From an uncultured Planctomycetaceae bacterium (GTDB lineage Bacteria > Planctomycetota > Planctomycetia > Planctomycetales > Planctomycetaceae), in assembly GCA_963815195.1 (NCBI GenBank), contig CAWFGE010000022.1, positions 320,001 to 384,000 on the forward strand: a stretch of 64,000 nucleotides of DNA. Direction: 5' to 3'. Positions 18,749-28,226 of the stretch are shown piece after piece. Each line of letters begins with the position of its first letter. Position 1 is the first letter of the stretch. Below the pieces are notes generated by a model. The model worked only from the letters and a program-made list of their open reading frames with translations. It was not told the origin of the DNA and made no database searches. The position numbers and the translations under genes were made by a program.

Positions 18749-20014
18749 ATGTCAGAATTCAGCCGCCGTCGTTTTTTGGGAATGTCCCTCGCCGGGATGG
18801 GAGCCGCCAACTTCGGTTGGCCGCTGTCCGCTGGAAGAGTTTCCGCCGAAGATACAAACGCCCCCGACCGCGGAAAGTCGTTCGATTCTCTGTTCCTCAC
18901 CTGGCGAGAGGATCCGACGACGACCATTATGATTCAATGGGTCGCGGGCGGGTCCCAAACAGTCCCGGCGGTCAGTTACCGCCCGAAGCAAGGCCAGGTC
19001 TGGCAGACCGCGAAAGTGGTCCAAAAACCTTTTCCGGGAACCGACCTTAAGGTTTATCGCAGCGAACTCACGGGACTGGCGCCCGGAACGGAGTATGCGT
19101 TTCAAATTGGATCCGCTTCGCCGGAATTCCGCTTCCGCACGATGCCCGCCAAGGCGACGGACGAGTTTACGTTTGTGACGGGAGGCGACGCCGGGACCGG
19201 GAGCGCCGCGGTCAATTCCAATCGTCTCGCCGCCCGGCAGGATCCGTCGTTCGTCGTCATCGCGGGCGACGTGGCTTATGACAACGGCCGCTCGCCGGCG
19301 ACGTTTTTGAAATTCCTCAAAAACTATCACGAGACGATGACGGATTCGAAAGGCCGGCTGATTCCGCTCGTGACCTGCCTGGGAAACCACGAAGTCGACG
19401 GCGGCTACAACGGCACCCGCGACAAGGCGGCGAGTTTTCTGTCCGTGTTCGACGGCTTCTATCACGAAACGAGCTACGGCGTTTTGGACTTCGGCGATTA
19501 TTTGAGCCTGGTGCTGCTCGATTCGGGGCATCTCTCGCCCATCGCCGGGGCCCAAACGGATTGGCTCAAGAAAACGCTCGCCGAGCGCGAGGATCATCCG
19601 CACGTGTTCGCGCTCAACCACGTGCCCTGTTATCCCTCCTACCGGAACCCCTGGGGCAAAGATGGAAAAGGCGGCACCGGTGCGGACCAGCGGAAATACT
19701 GGTGCCCGCTGTTTGAACGCCACAAGGTGAACGTCGTCCTCGAGCACCACGACCACACCTTCAAACGCTCGCATCCGCTGACGGACGGGCGGATCGACGA
19801 GAAAAACGGCGTCCTGTATTTGGGCGACGGCTCGTGGGGCAAGATCCGTCCGCCCAAATCGCCGGAAGAAAGGCCTTATCTCGCCAAAGTCAGCGAGAGC
19901 TATCACGTCTCGATGCACCGCCTGGAAGGCGACCGCCGGTTTCACGTCGCGCTGACGGACTCCGGCAAAGTCGCCGACGTCGCGACCACCGTCAGCAAGC
20001 GGGCGGCGAGTTAA
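18749..20014 (+). CDS. Tat-exported purple acid phosphatase-like metallophosphoesterase
   Basis: SRRRFL signal, GGD, AGDVAY, LGNHE, EHHDH. Confidence 0.88.
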   Translation: MSEFSRRRFLGMSLAGMGAANFGWPLSAGRVSAEDTNAPDRGKSFDSLFLTWREDPTTTIMIQWVAGGSQTVPAVSYRPKQGQVWQTAKVVQKPFPGTDLKVYRSELTGLAPGTEYAFQIGSASPEFRFRTMPAKATDEFTFVTGGDAGTGSAAVNSNRLAARQDPSFVVIAGDVAYDNGRSPATFLKFLKNYHETMTDSKGRLIPLVTCLGNHEVDGGYNGTRDKAASFLSVFDGFYHETSYGVLDFGDYLSLVLLDSGHLSPIAGAQTDWLKKTLAEREDHPHVFALNHVPCYPSYRNPWGKDGKGGTGADQRKYWCPLFERHKVNVVLEHHDHTFKRSHPLTDGRIDEKNGVLYLGDGSWGKIRPPKSPEERPYLAKVSESYHVSMHRLEGDRRFHVALTDSGKVADVATTVSKRAAS

Positions 20015-20031
20015 GCGTCCGGTTTTCCCAT

Positions 20032-20063
20032 AAACCGACGCTAGCGCCCTTGCGGCTAATGAA
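20032..20063. repeat. REP-like family A single copy
   Basis: AAACCGACGCTAGCGCCCTTGCGGCTAATGAA. Confidence 0.7.
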
Positions 20064-20095
20064 ACGCCGTCACGGTTCAATGAATTGAATGATCG

Positions 20096-21487
20096 TTAAC
20101 GATCCTCGGGAAAGGCGGCACGTTCGGGATAATCGAACATCCGCCGATCGCGCGACGGCATGCTTCCCGACGCCGGGCGAATGGGGTTGCCCTCATCGTC
20201 CGCGCGGAATGGACGGGCGTTCGGAAACGGGTTTCTTTCAGAACCGGGAGCGGGCAGGAACATTGCGGGGGCTTCGTCCGGATCGAACCACTCCGGCGGC
20301 CGAGATAGCGCCCTCACCGGGATGGGAAACGCTTGAGCCGGCGCGTTGACCTGGTGCTCGCGGCCGGGCGGTTTGATTGCGGGCAGGTTCAGCGTGACGC
20401 AGTGCACCGCGCCGCCGAGTTGGATGAGCTTCGTGCAATCGATGCCTTTGACTTCCCAACCGGGCAGCAGCCGGCGGTAGGTGTCCGCGGCGAGGGTTTC
20501 CATCCGCGGATCGACGCCCCCATAGCGGGGCATCATCACGAGGCCGTTGATGTAGAGCACGTTGGTATAAGACCGCCAGAGTTCTTCGTCGCGGGCGGGC
20601 ATGGGAATCCTTTCGACCCGCAATCGTCCCCGGGGCGTCGTCAGCCCGGCGAGCGTTTTCGCGTTGCGGTCCAACACCGCGGCATTGACCGGATCGTCCT
20701 TGGGGTCGATACTGGCGACGATGACGGTGTCGGGAGATGTGAACGTCGCGAACATATCCACATGCCCGGTCGGCTCGCCGATCAAAGGCTCTAAGACCGC
20801 GATCTCCCGGCATTGGAACAGCCGTTTCATCAGGGGCTCGATCTGCTCCTGTTGATAGCCGCGGAGCACGTTGTCCGCGAGGCTTTTGCTGGTCGTCACG
20901 CATAACCCGGCCCCGTTGGAGAGCAGGTTCCCGCCTTCGATCGTCAATAGCGAGCGGATGCATCTCGCCCCCATCGCGCCGGCGAGCAGCGGGGGGATGT
21001 TGTCGTCCTGCGGACGGCCGCCGGTGTCGTAATCGCTGTCGACAAAATGGGCGGACCCGTCGGAGTTCCGCACCACGACCGGGCCGAAGTCCCGAGCCCA
21101 GATCGTATCCGCCGGGGCTTCCAAAAACCGCATCTGCCCGCGGGCGACCTTGGCAGCGGCAAAGGCCACCTCCGCATGCTGGCGTTCCTGGGGCGAACCG
21201 ACCAACACCACGACCGGGGCTTTTTTGGCGGCATGGGCGCCGATTTCCAAGAGCGTCCCCAGGATGGGCAATTCCTCGGACTTCCAACTCAAGACGAGCG
21301 CCGCCTGCCGCTCAAACTCGCCGGGAATCCCGACGGCTTTGGAGCCGTCCGCTGGTTTTTCCGGGGCTCCGCCGCTTCGCGACCAATCCCCGGCTTGGGC
21401 CGTCGAACCAATCTCTCCCGCGATCAGACATCCCAGCGCCAACACCACACATCGGCAAAAACCGATGGACGCCAACACCTTCGCCAT
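20096..21487 (-). CDS. Agmatine/peptidylarginine deiminase family protein, probably exported
   Basis: WARDFGP, IEGGN, TGHVD, GGAVHCVT; signal-like N-terminus; start uncertain. Confidence 0.85.
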   Translation of the reverse strand: MAKVLASIGFCRCVVLALGCLIAGEIGSTAQAGDWSRSGGAPEKPADGSKAVGIPGEFERQAALVLSWKSEELPILGTLLEIGAHAAKKAPVVVLVGSPQERQHAEVAFAAAKVARGQMRFLEAPADTIWARDFGPVVVRNSDGSAHFVDSDYDTGGRPQDDNIPPLLAGAMGARCIRSLLTIEGGNLLSNGAGLCVTTSKSLADNVLRGYQQEQIEPLMKRLFQCREIAVLEPLIGEPTGHVDMFATFTSPDTVIVASIDPKDDPVNAAVLDRNAKTLAGLTTPRGRLRVERIPMPARDEELWRSYTNVLYINGLVMMPRYGGVDPRMETLAADTYRRLLPGWEVKGIDCTKLIQLGGAVHCVTLNLPAIKPPGREHQVNAPAQAFPIPVRALSRPPEWFDPDEAPAMFLPAPGSERNPFPNARPFRADDEGNPIRPASGSMPSRDRRMFDYPERAAFPEDR

Positions 21488-21740
21488 ACAAAACCAAGCC
21501 CCAAACAGGGTGGGAAAAAAGAACACCGGCCCAAACCAGTTACTATTTTAACTCGACTGAGCAAAAACAGTTCCTGGGATTTTCCCAATTTTGCTCCGCC
21601 GGGCTTCTGCAGCGAAACATCGGCCGAAACCTGGACGGGGATTCGGCATTACGCGGCGTGCTTCCCCAAACTGCCTGTTTTCCGGGCAGCATGGCTCGCG
21701 CACGGGCGGCGCCGGTGTTATCCCAAAAGCGGCCGGGGGG

Positions 21741-24533
21741 TCAATTGCGGGTCTGGAGATCGGATTTTCTGACGTTGAACACAATCGGGCGGGAGGCCTG
21801 GTTGCCGGCCCCTTTGGCGACGGCGTCGATCAGGCGCGTGGTTTCCGGGACCCAGTCGGCGGCGGTGAGAAAAATCTGCCGCTCGGTTTCGCCTTCGCGG
21901 ATCAACACCCCGCTAAGGCCGATGTTGTCCACGATCACGCCGTGGGGCAGGTTGTCCACGTCGAACTTGAGTTCCCCATCGAAGCCGTTCCGCTCGATGG
22001 TGAGCATCGCCGTCATGGTTTCGCCGGGGGCCAGGGTCAATTCGCCGGAGGGGCCTTTCGGCGGGGCTTTGGGGTCCGGCGCGAGGAAGACCAGCACCTT
22101 GGGTTTGGGGCCGAGCTTGATGTGCCCGAGGCTCCCGACGTTTTGGGTGACGGTTTTGCCGCCGATGTTCGCGGTCGCCGTGATCTGGACCCGATCCCAC
22201 GCCGACTTGTCGAGCTTCTTTGCATCCGGGGCTGCGTGAATCACGCCCTCGGCTTCCAGGTGACCGGCTTCCACCACAATCGGCGACGAGACGACGTAAC
22301 CATCCGGCACGTTTTCGATCTCGACCTTCACGGGGCCTCTGAAATTGTCGATCCGGGTGAGATTGACCTTCAATTGTTGGCCGCTGCCCGCGGGGATCGT
22401 GGCATTCGTGCCGCCGAGCGCCACGCGGAAACCCGGCCGCGGCGGGCGGATCGTCAGCGAATACCGGAAGTTCTCGCCCCCGAAGCCCCTGACATCCGTG
22501 ACCCGCACCACGTACCGGCTGGTGTTCGGCGCGGTGAAGGTCAGCCGCGAGTCGGTGCCCAGCTTGCGCTCGGCGTCATCGTCGTTCGCATACTCTACCG
22601 CAAATACCGGCAGGCCGTTGTCGATCAACTTCGTGCCCGGGGCGTAGGGTTCCACAATATACACCGGCTCGCCCAGGGCGTGGATCGTCGCACTTGTGTC
22701 GAAATACAGCCGCCGTTTGCCCGCGGTTTTGTAGAACAGGAACGCGGAATCCGGTCCCTGCGGCATGCGGAACAACTTGGTGACTTCACCCGCCAGGTAC
22801 ATGTATTGGTTGAGTTGCATTTCCTCCCAGTTCGTGACCCGCACCTGATCCTGCGTGGAATCGATCGGCCGGAACGTGATCGAAGAATCCCGCACCGCCC
22901 GTAAGAGCACCCGCTCGACGGGCTGGCCGTCCTCGTGCAGCACGACAATTTCGGTGTCGGCCGGGGAACCGCTTTGGCAGGCGTTGGTTTCGATGATCCA
23001 GGTCTCGCCCTGTTTCGCTTCAAACTGATAAAAGTCCGCATCCTGCGATTGCCCTTTCGCCGGCTTTAGCACGCCCGCCGCTGTCCCCGGCACCGAAAGC
23101 GGCACCGCTTGCTTGGGCGTATCGTTGGGCTCGGTTTCCCGAATCTCCGCCACCGCGGGCCAATGCCCGTCCAGAGCGGCAACATGCCCCGGTTCCCGCG
23201 TCAGCGGTTTCGCCGTCTGGGCACCTGATGTCTTTGTCTGGAGCGGGACGTTCGTTAGCGAACCGTCCAGCCGGCCGATGAAGAACTCGGAATTGTCCGC
23301 CGCCACCGCGAGGGCCGCGGGCCAGTCGGATTGGTTCTTCAACGTTTTTTGCAGGGTGAAGGTTTTCGTGTCCCAGAGCTTGATCGTGCGGTCTTCGCTC
23401 GATGAAATCAGCCGGCCGTCGTCCGGCGAAAACACCAGCCGAAGGATCGGAGCTTCGTGGGCGAAGCGGGTGTAAAGCAGGCGGTTGGTCCCGGCTTTTG
23501 CGGTCTTGCTGATCCGCCAAATGCGAATCCGGTGATCGACGCCCCCCGCCGCGAGCAGCCGGCCGTCCCCGCGGAAGGCGACGGTGTATTGGTCTTTCTC
23601 CGGCTCGCTGAAGGTTTCCAGGCGTTCTCCGGTTTGGACGTTCCAGAGTTTGACCGTGCGGTCGCCGCTGGCACTCGCGAGGATGGTTCCCTGGGGATGA
23701 AACGCCAGATCGAACACCGGTCCGTTGTGCCCCGTGAGTTCCCGCAGCGTTTTTCCGGATGCCAGATTCCAGATGAGAATTTTTTGATCGTAACTTCCCG
23801 TGGCGAGGGTTTTGCCGTCGGGGCTGATGGCGACCGCGAATAAGTTGTCACCATGTCCGCGGAGCGTGGCTGTTCGTTTCCAAGCATCCGTTTCCCACAG
23901 CGTGACTTCGCCGAACAGCCCGGCTTCGCCCGCAGCGACCGCCAGGAGTTTCCCGTCCGCGGAGAACGCCAAATCGTTGATGTGCCCGGTGTGGCCGGTC
24001 AATGTCCGCAGAAGTTTTTGAGAATCGCCCGCGTGGATTTCGACCTGTCCATACCGCCCGACCGCGAGCCAGCGGCCGTCCGGCGAAGCCGCGAGGGAGT
24101 TCACAGGCTTTCGAACCAACGCGGTGGGTTTGATGTGGGGCGTCACCAGAACGGAAGCGATTTCCTCGCCGTTCTTGGGACCCGGAGCCCCGGCTTTGAA
24201 CCAGGCGGTCACGAGTGCGAGTTCTTTTTCCGTGGGGCCTTCGTTGCCTTCGGGCGGCATTGCGGGCTTGGATTTTCCGGTGAGAACGCCCAGCAGCCGA
24301 CTGCCTTCCGGCTTGCCGAGTTCCAGGACTTTTCCGTTTTCGCCGCCGCGCAACAGCCCCGCATAGGAGTTGAGTGTCAAGCCGCCTTCGCGGTCCGTGG
24401 GATTATGGCAGCCCACGCAATACTTCTGAAAGATCGGAGCGACCTGGGCAAAGCCGGGGTCCTGGGCTTCCTCCCCCAAAGCGGAACCGCAAAACGCGAG
24501 CACCAAACCAAACGTGAAACAACGTGCGGACAT
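21741..24533 (-). CDS. Planctomycete cytochrome c + WD40 + PPC-like multidomain protein
   Basis: CVGCH, MPP, multiple GH...WD/WN repeats, DFYQF/NDD motifs. Confidence 0.88.
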   Translation of the reverse strand: MSARCFTFGLVLAFCGSALGEEAQDPGFAQVAPIFQKYCVGCHNPTDREGGLTLNSYAGLLRGGENGKVLELGKPEGSRLLGVLTGKSKPAMPPEGNEGPTEKELALVTAWFKAGAPGPKNGEEIASVLVTPHIKPTALVRKPVNSLAASPDGRWLAVGRYGQVEIHAGDSQKLLRTLTGHTGHINDLAFSADGKLLAVAAGEAGLFGEVTLWETDAWKRTATLRGHGDNLFAVAISPDGKTLATGSYDQKILIWNLASGKTLRELTGHNGPVFDLAFHPQGTILASASGDRTVKLWNVQTGERLETFSEPEKDQYTVAFRGDGRLLAAGGVDHRIRIWRISKTAKAGTNRLLYTRFAHEAPILRLVFSPDDGRLISSSEDRTIKLWDTKTFTLQKTLKNQSDWPAALAVAADNSEFFIGRLDGSLTNVPLQTKTSGAQTAKPLTREPGHVAALDGHWPAVAEIRETEPNDTPKQAVPLSVPGTAAGVLKPAKGQSQDADFYQFEAKQGETWIIETNACQSGSPADTEIVVLHEDGQPVERVLLRAVRDSSITFRPIDSTQDQVRVTNWEEMQLNQYMYLAGEVTKLFRMPQGPDSAFLFYKTAGKRRLYFDTSATIHALGEPVYIVEPYAPGTKLIDNGLPVFAVEYANDDDAERKLGTDSRLTFTAPNTSRYVVRVTDVRGFGGENFRYSLTIRPPRPGFRVALGGTNATIPAGSGQQLKVNLTRIDNFRGPVKVEIENVPDGYVVSSPIVVEAGHLEAEGVIHAAPDAKKLDKSAWDRVQITATANIGGKTVTQNVGSLGHIKLGPKPKVLVFLAPDPKAPPKGPSGELTLAPGETMTAMLTIERNGFDGELKFDVDNLPHGVIVDNIGLSGVLIREGETERQIFLTAADWVPETTRLIDAVAKGAGNQASRPIVFNVRKSDLQTRN

Positions 24534-24824
24534 CAGCCAACTCCGAAGAACGGGACCACGGCAGTGGGGTTTTGCCGGTAAGATTCTCCTTCAGTATTCC
24601 GTGAGAACCCTTCGCTTTCAAGCGCGGCGAAAAACGGGTCGCCGCACGACGAAAGAAGATGGGGTCACGAAACACACGACCTGTGCTATGAGCAACTGGA
24701 TGTGAGCGACGGTGCTTCACACGTTGCCTGTGCGTTAGGTGAACAACCGCCGCCTACACGTGAAAGACGAAACTTCCTATAAAGCGACACTGTAAACAAT
24801 AGCCCACTCCACGGATGAGTCTCC

Positions 24825-25706
24825 GTGCGTCGATTCTTGATTGACTATGCCCTGATCCTTCTTGCTGGCATCTTGTACGCCATCGCTCTGAAGTACTTTG
24901 TGCTTCCATCCAAAGTCATCCTGACAGGAACGGAAGGCATTGCCACGGCACTCTCGTATTATTTCGAGAGTTACTGGCTCTTCATCGGGCTCTATCTGCT
25001 GTTTCAGTCGGCGTTGCTGGCCTTCGCGTTCGCACGGGTGGGCCGAGTGTTTGCGCAGCGCTCCCTTCTGGTCGTTGGCACCGTCGTTGTGGGACTCGCC
25101 GTGCTGCCTGAGTTACAATTCGCGCAGCCAGAACCTCAAAACGAGCGAATCATATTAGTTCTGTTTGGCGGCCTCCTTGCGGGTGTTGCCAAGGCACTCG
25201 CTTTCACAAACCGTGGCTCCACCGGCGACGAGGACATCCTTGGGGCGTATCTTGCCGTCAAATACCTGAAGCCCGTCGGCTCAATCGCCATTTTTGCCGC
25301 CATCGGGTCAACGGCCTTCGGGCTTGTGATGGATCTCATAAAAAACGGGCAATTTGAATCGGTCGTCAACACACTGATGTATACGTGCATTTACATATTC
25401 GCGTCTGCCGAGACGCTCAATAACCTATATCGCAAATTCAAGATCACGATGCTCGTGATTATCACGCGCCGCGAAAAAGAAGTCGGCGCTGCAATTACAA
25501 CAACATCCGCACATCGTACATACACAACGCATCAAGGCACCGGCGGCCGCAGCGGCGAGACATTTCTCGTTGTCCGGACGATCATCACGCACGAAGAGCT
25601 ACCTCAAGTGATTGCCGCAATACAATCCGCCGATTCCGACTGTTTTTATTACTATCACGACGTCGAGGGCATATCTGGCCGTTACTACATCGCACCGATT
25701 GGATGA
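24825..25706 (+). CDS. YitT family membrane protein
   Basis: TGTEGIA, GSTGDEDIL, C-terminal DUF2179-like segment; visibly lower GC. Confidence 0.8.
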   Translation: MRRFLIDYALILLAGILYAIALKYFVLPSKVILTGTEGIATALSYYFESYWLFIGLYLLFQSALLAFAFARVGRVFAQRSLLVVGTVVVGLAVLPELQFAQPEPQNERIILVLFGGLLAGVAKALAFTNRGSTGDEDILGAYLAVKYLKPVGSIAIFAAIGSTAFGLVMDLIKNGQFESVVNTLMYTCIYIFASAETLNNLYRKFKITMLVIITRREKEVGAAITTTSAHRTYTTHQGTGGRSGETFLVVRTIITHEELPQVIAAIQSADSDCFYYYHDVEGISGRYYIAPIG

Positions 25707-25731
25707 GTCTCTGGCGCACGGCGATTTTTTT

Positions 25732-25804
25732 CGTATCGGTGGCTTCCAGCCGCCGACTGGCACAACCTCCCGTAGATTTTCGGCGGCTATAAGCCACCGC
25801 TACG
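25732..25804. repeat. GTAG-type REP doublet (family D)
   Basis: CGTATCGGTGGCTTCCAGCCGCCGA / TCGGCGGCTATAAGCCACCGCTACG; halves also at 33894-33918 and 49925-49947. Confidence 0.7.
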
Positions 25805-25992
25805 AACGCACCACACGTTGCCAGGCAGAGCCTGGTGAAAAGCTGCGGGCCCTTGAATGCCGGGGGGGAAGTTGTTATGAAAACGCCTGTGCTCAGGTTC
25901 CCGTGCGGTCGGCTTGCGCCCGGGACGAGAATCTTCGCTCAAATCACGCCATTTCAAAAACTTGCCCTTTTTACCGGATATTGGACTCGATC

Positions 25993-27024
25993 ATGCCTGT
26001 TGCCACGCCTCGTCAGTATGCCGCGATGTTGGATGCCGCCCAAGCGGGGAGTTACGCTTATCCGGCGATGAACGTAACGTCCCTGGTCACCATCAACGGG
26101 GCCCTCAAAGCGTTCGCCGACCAGAAATCGGACGGGATTATTCAGATTTCGACGGGCGGCGGGCAATTCGCGTCGGGGCTGTCCAACAACGATGCGGTGT
26201 TGGGGGCGATCGTCTTGGCGGACGCCGTGCACCGGTTGGCGGAGCGATACGATGTGTTGGTCGGCCTGCACACGGACCATTGTCAGCCCGGCAAGGTGGA
26301 TGGGTTTTTGAAGCCTTTGATCGCAGAGACCGCCCGCCGCCGGGAAGCCGGCCAGCCGAACTTGTTCCAATCGCACATGCTGGACGCTTCGGAACTCCCG
26401 TTGGCGGAGAACATCGCCCTCTCCAAGGACGTCCTCAAGCTGTGTGCGCAGAACGAAATTATTCTGGAAGTGGAAGCCGGCGTCGTCGGCGGCGAGGAAG
26501 ACGGCGTCGATCATTCCGACCAGCCCGCCGAAAAACTTTACACCTCGCCCGAAGACATGCTCGCGGTGTACGAAGCGCTCGAAGGCCTTGGCCGGTACAT
26601 GTTCGCGGCGACGTTCGGCAACGTGCACGGCCACTACAAACCCGGAGCCGTCAAACTCCGGCCGGACATTTTGAAGAAAGGCCAGGAAGCCGTCATCGCC
26701 AAGTACGGGGAGAAAGCGGAATTCGATCTGGTGTTCCACGGCGGTTCCGGGACGCCGGTGGAGGAAATCCGCGAAACGCTGGACTACGGCGTGGTGAAGA
26801 TGAACATCGACACGGACACGCAGTACGCCTTCACCCGCCCGATCGTCGATCACATTTTCACGAATTACGACGGGGTGCTGAAAATCGACGGCGAAATCGG
26901 CAACAAAAAAGCCTACGACCCGCGGAGCTACCTGAAAAAAGCCGAGGACGGCGTGGCCGTTCGGATGGCCCAAGCCTGCGACGACCTCCGTTCGAGCGGA
27001 AAAACGATCTTCGGCAAGGTTTAG
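25993..27024 (+). CDS. fbaA: Class II fructose-bisphosphate aldolase
   Basis: LHTDHC, GGEEDG, FGNVHG, VFHGGSG, KMNIDTD, YDPRSY. Confidence 0.97.
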   Translation: MPVATPRQYAAMLDAAQAGSYAYPAMNVTSLVTINGALKAFADQKSDGIIQISTGGGQFASGLSNNDAVLGAIVLADAVHRLAERYDVLVGLHTDHCQPGKVDGFLKPLIAETARRREAGQPNLFQSHMLDASELPLAENIALSKDVLKLCAQNEIILEVEAGVVGGEEDGVDHSDQPAEKLYTSPEDMLAVYEALEGLGRYMFAATFGNVHGHYKPGAVKLRPDILKKGQEAVIAKYGEKAEFDLVFHGGSGTPVEEIRETLDYGVVKMNIDTDTQYAFTRPIVDHIFTNYDGVLKIDGEIGNKKAYDPRSYLKKAEDGVAVRMAQACDDLRSSGKTIFGKV

Positions 27025-27072
27025 TGTTAAAAGGGATTTGGGATCCATCGTTTCTTTTGAAGGATCTCACTG

Positions 27073-27597
27073 ATGGAAAAACGCGAACGACGAGTTGCGA
27101 TTCGTATCTTGATGATATGCTTGTTCGCAGGGGGTCTCCTTTGGCTGCTGTTGCCTAGGCTACCTCGCACTTGCGAAATCCGGATTGATACAGGGGATCG
27201 TCGGTATCTCGTTCACGGGTTTCCGGTCGAGTATTACACAATGTCGGAGCATGCACGTTCCGCACTGATTTCCGCATCGGAACATTCACCGATTCTCAAG
27301 CCGAAGTGGGTCGAAATTCCCCTCTACTCGGCAAGCAACTCTGTCCCCTCCATGTGTGCGGGATTTTATTTGCGCGCCGCAGCCTGGTCAGGTGTTGATG
27401 AGCAGATTTTCAAAGCAGCCACGGAGAATGTAGCGCAATACATCGTCAAAACACGCGGCGACTTCGACCTCCCCGAAAGCTATTTGCTACTCAGTGTTAC
27501 GCATTGGGAAAACGGGAAGTATGTCGTAAACGAAGACTGGAACCAAGACGAAGCAGTTCGGTGCTACTTGAAACAAAAAGGTATTGATGTTGATTGA
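27073..27597 (+). CDS. Hypothetical membrane-anchored protein
   Basis: 174-aa ORF, N-terminal TM, lower GC than neighbours. Confidence 0.6.
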   Translation: MEKRERRVAIRILMICLFAGGLLWLLLPRLPRTCEIRIDTGDRRYLVHGFPVEYYTMSEHARSALISASEHSPILKPKWVEIPLYSASNSVPSMCAGFYLRAAAWSGVDEQIFKAATENVAQYIVKTRGDFDLPESYLLLSVTHWENGKYVVNEDWNQDEAVRCYLKQKGIDVD

Positions 27598-27671
27598 GTG
27601 GAGACGGTTTGAGATTTAAGGCTGAAAAGTGAGAAAAAACAGAATTACACGGCGCCCAGCCTGCGGGGACA

Positions 27672-27699
27672 TTGCATATTTCCGCAGCCTTGCTAGAGT
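27672..27699 (+). promoter_or_regulatory. Putative rpsO promoter
   Basis: TTGCAT-16-TAGAGT with TG extended -10. Confidence 0.4.
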
Positions 27700-27802
27700 A
27701 TTTTCCAAATTCAGTCCGAATTCACGACAAATCAGATCCAATTGGCAGCCGGCTTGGGAACGGGCGTTCCTGGGCGAAGTCTCACGGAGTCCGAACCAAA
27801 GT

Positions 27803-28072
27803 ATGTCCATCACCCAAGAACGCAAGCACGAGTTGATCGAAGAGTACCGGCAGAAAGACGGGGACACCGGGTCCTCGGAAGTGCAGATCGCGGTGCTCTC
27901 GGAGAGGATCAACAACCTCACCGAGCACCTCAAAGTCCACAGCAAAGACCACGCCAGCACGCGGGGCCTGTTGATGCTCGTCAGCCGGCGGCGGCGGTTG
28001 CTGAATTACCTCAACCGCACCACCCCGGAGCGCTACCGGGACATCATCCAGAAATTGAACATCCGCCGGTAG
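27803..28072 (+). CDS. rpsO: 30S ribosomal protein S15
   Basis: 89 aa, [23 protein letters not shown]. Confidence 0.98.
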   Translation: MSITQERKHELIEEYRQKDGDTGSSEVQIAVLSERINNLTEHLKVHSKDHASTRGLLMLVSRRRRLLNYLNRTTPERYRDIIQKLNIRR

Positions 28073-28226
28073 GTTGTGTCGGATGGGATTTGATAACAGG
28101 AACGGGCTGGAATCTCTTCGGCATGGGAAGCGACCGCCGGGGAGAGTTTGTTGTTTGCGCCAAGCGAATGGGGCCGCAAGATGTTTTTGTCAAGTCAGAA
28201 TGTATCAAAGAGAGTAGGAACTAACG

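Noticed and set aside
24690..24740. Integron attC site (GTTAGGT) before yitT
   Set aside because: No matching RYYYAAC inverse core or hairpin, and no integrase.
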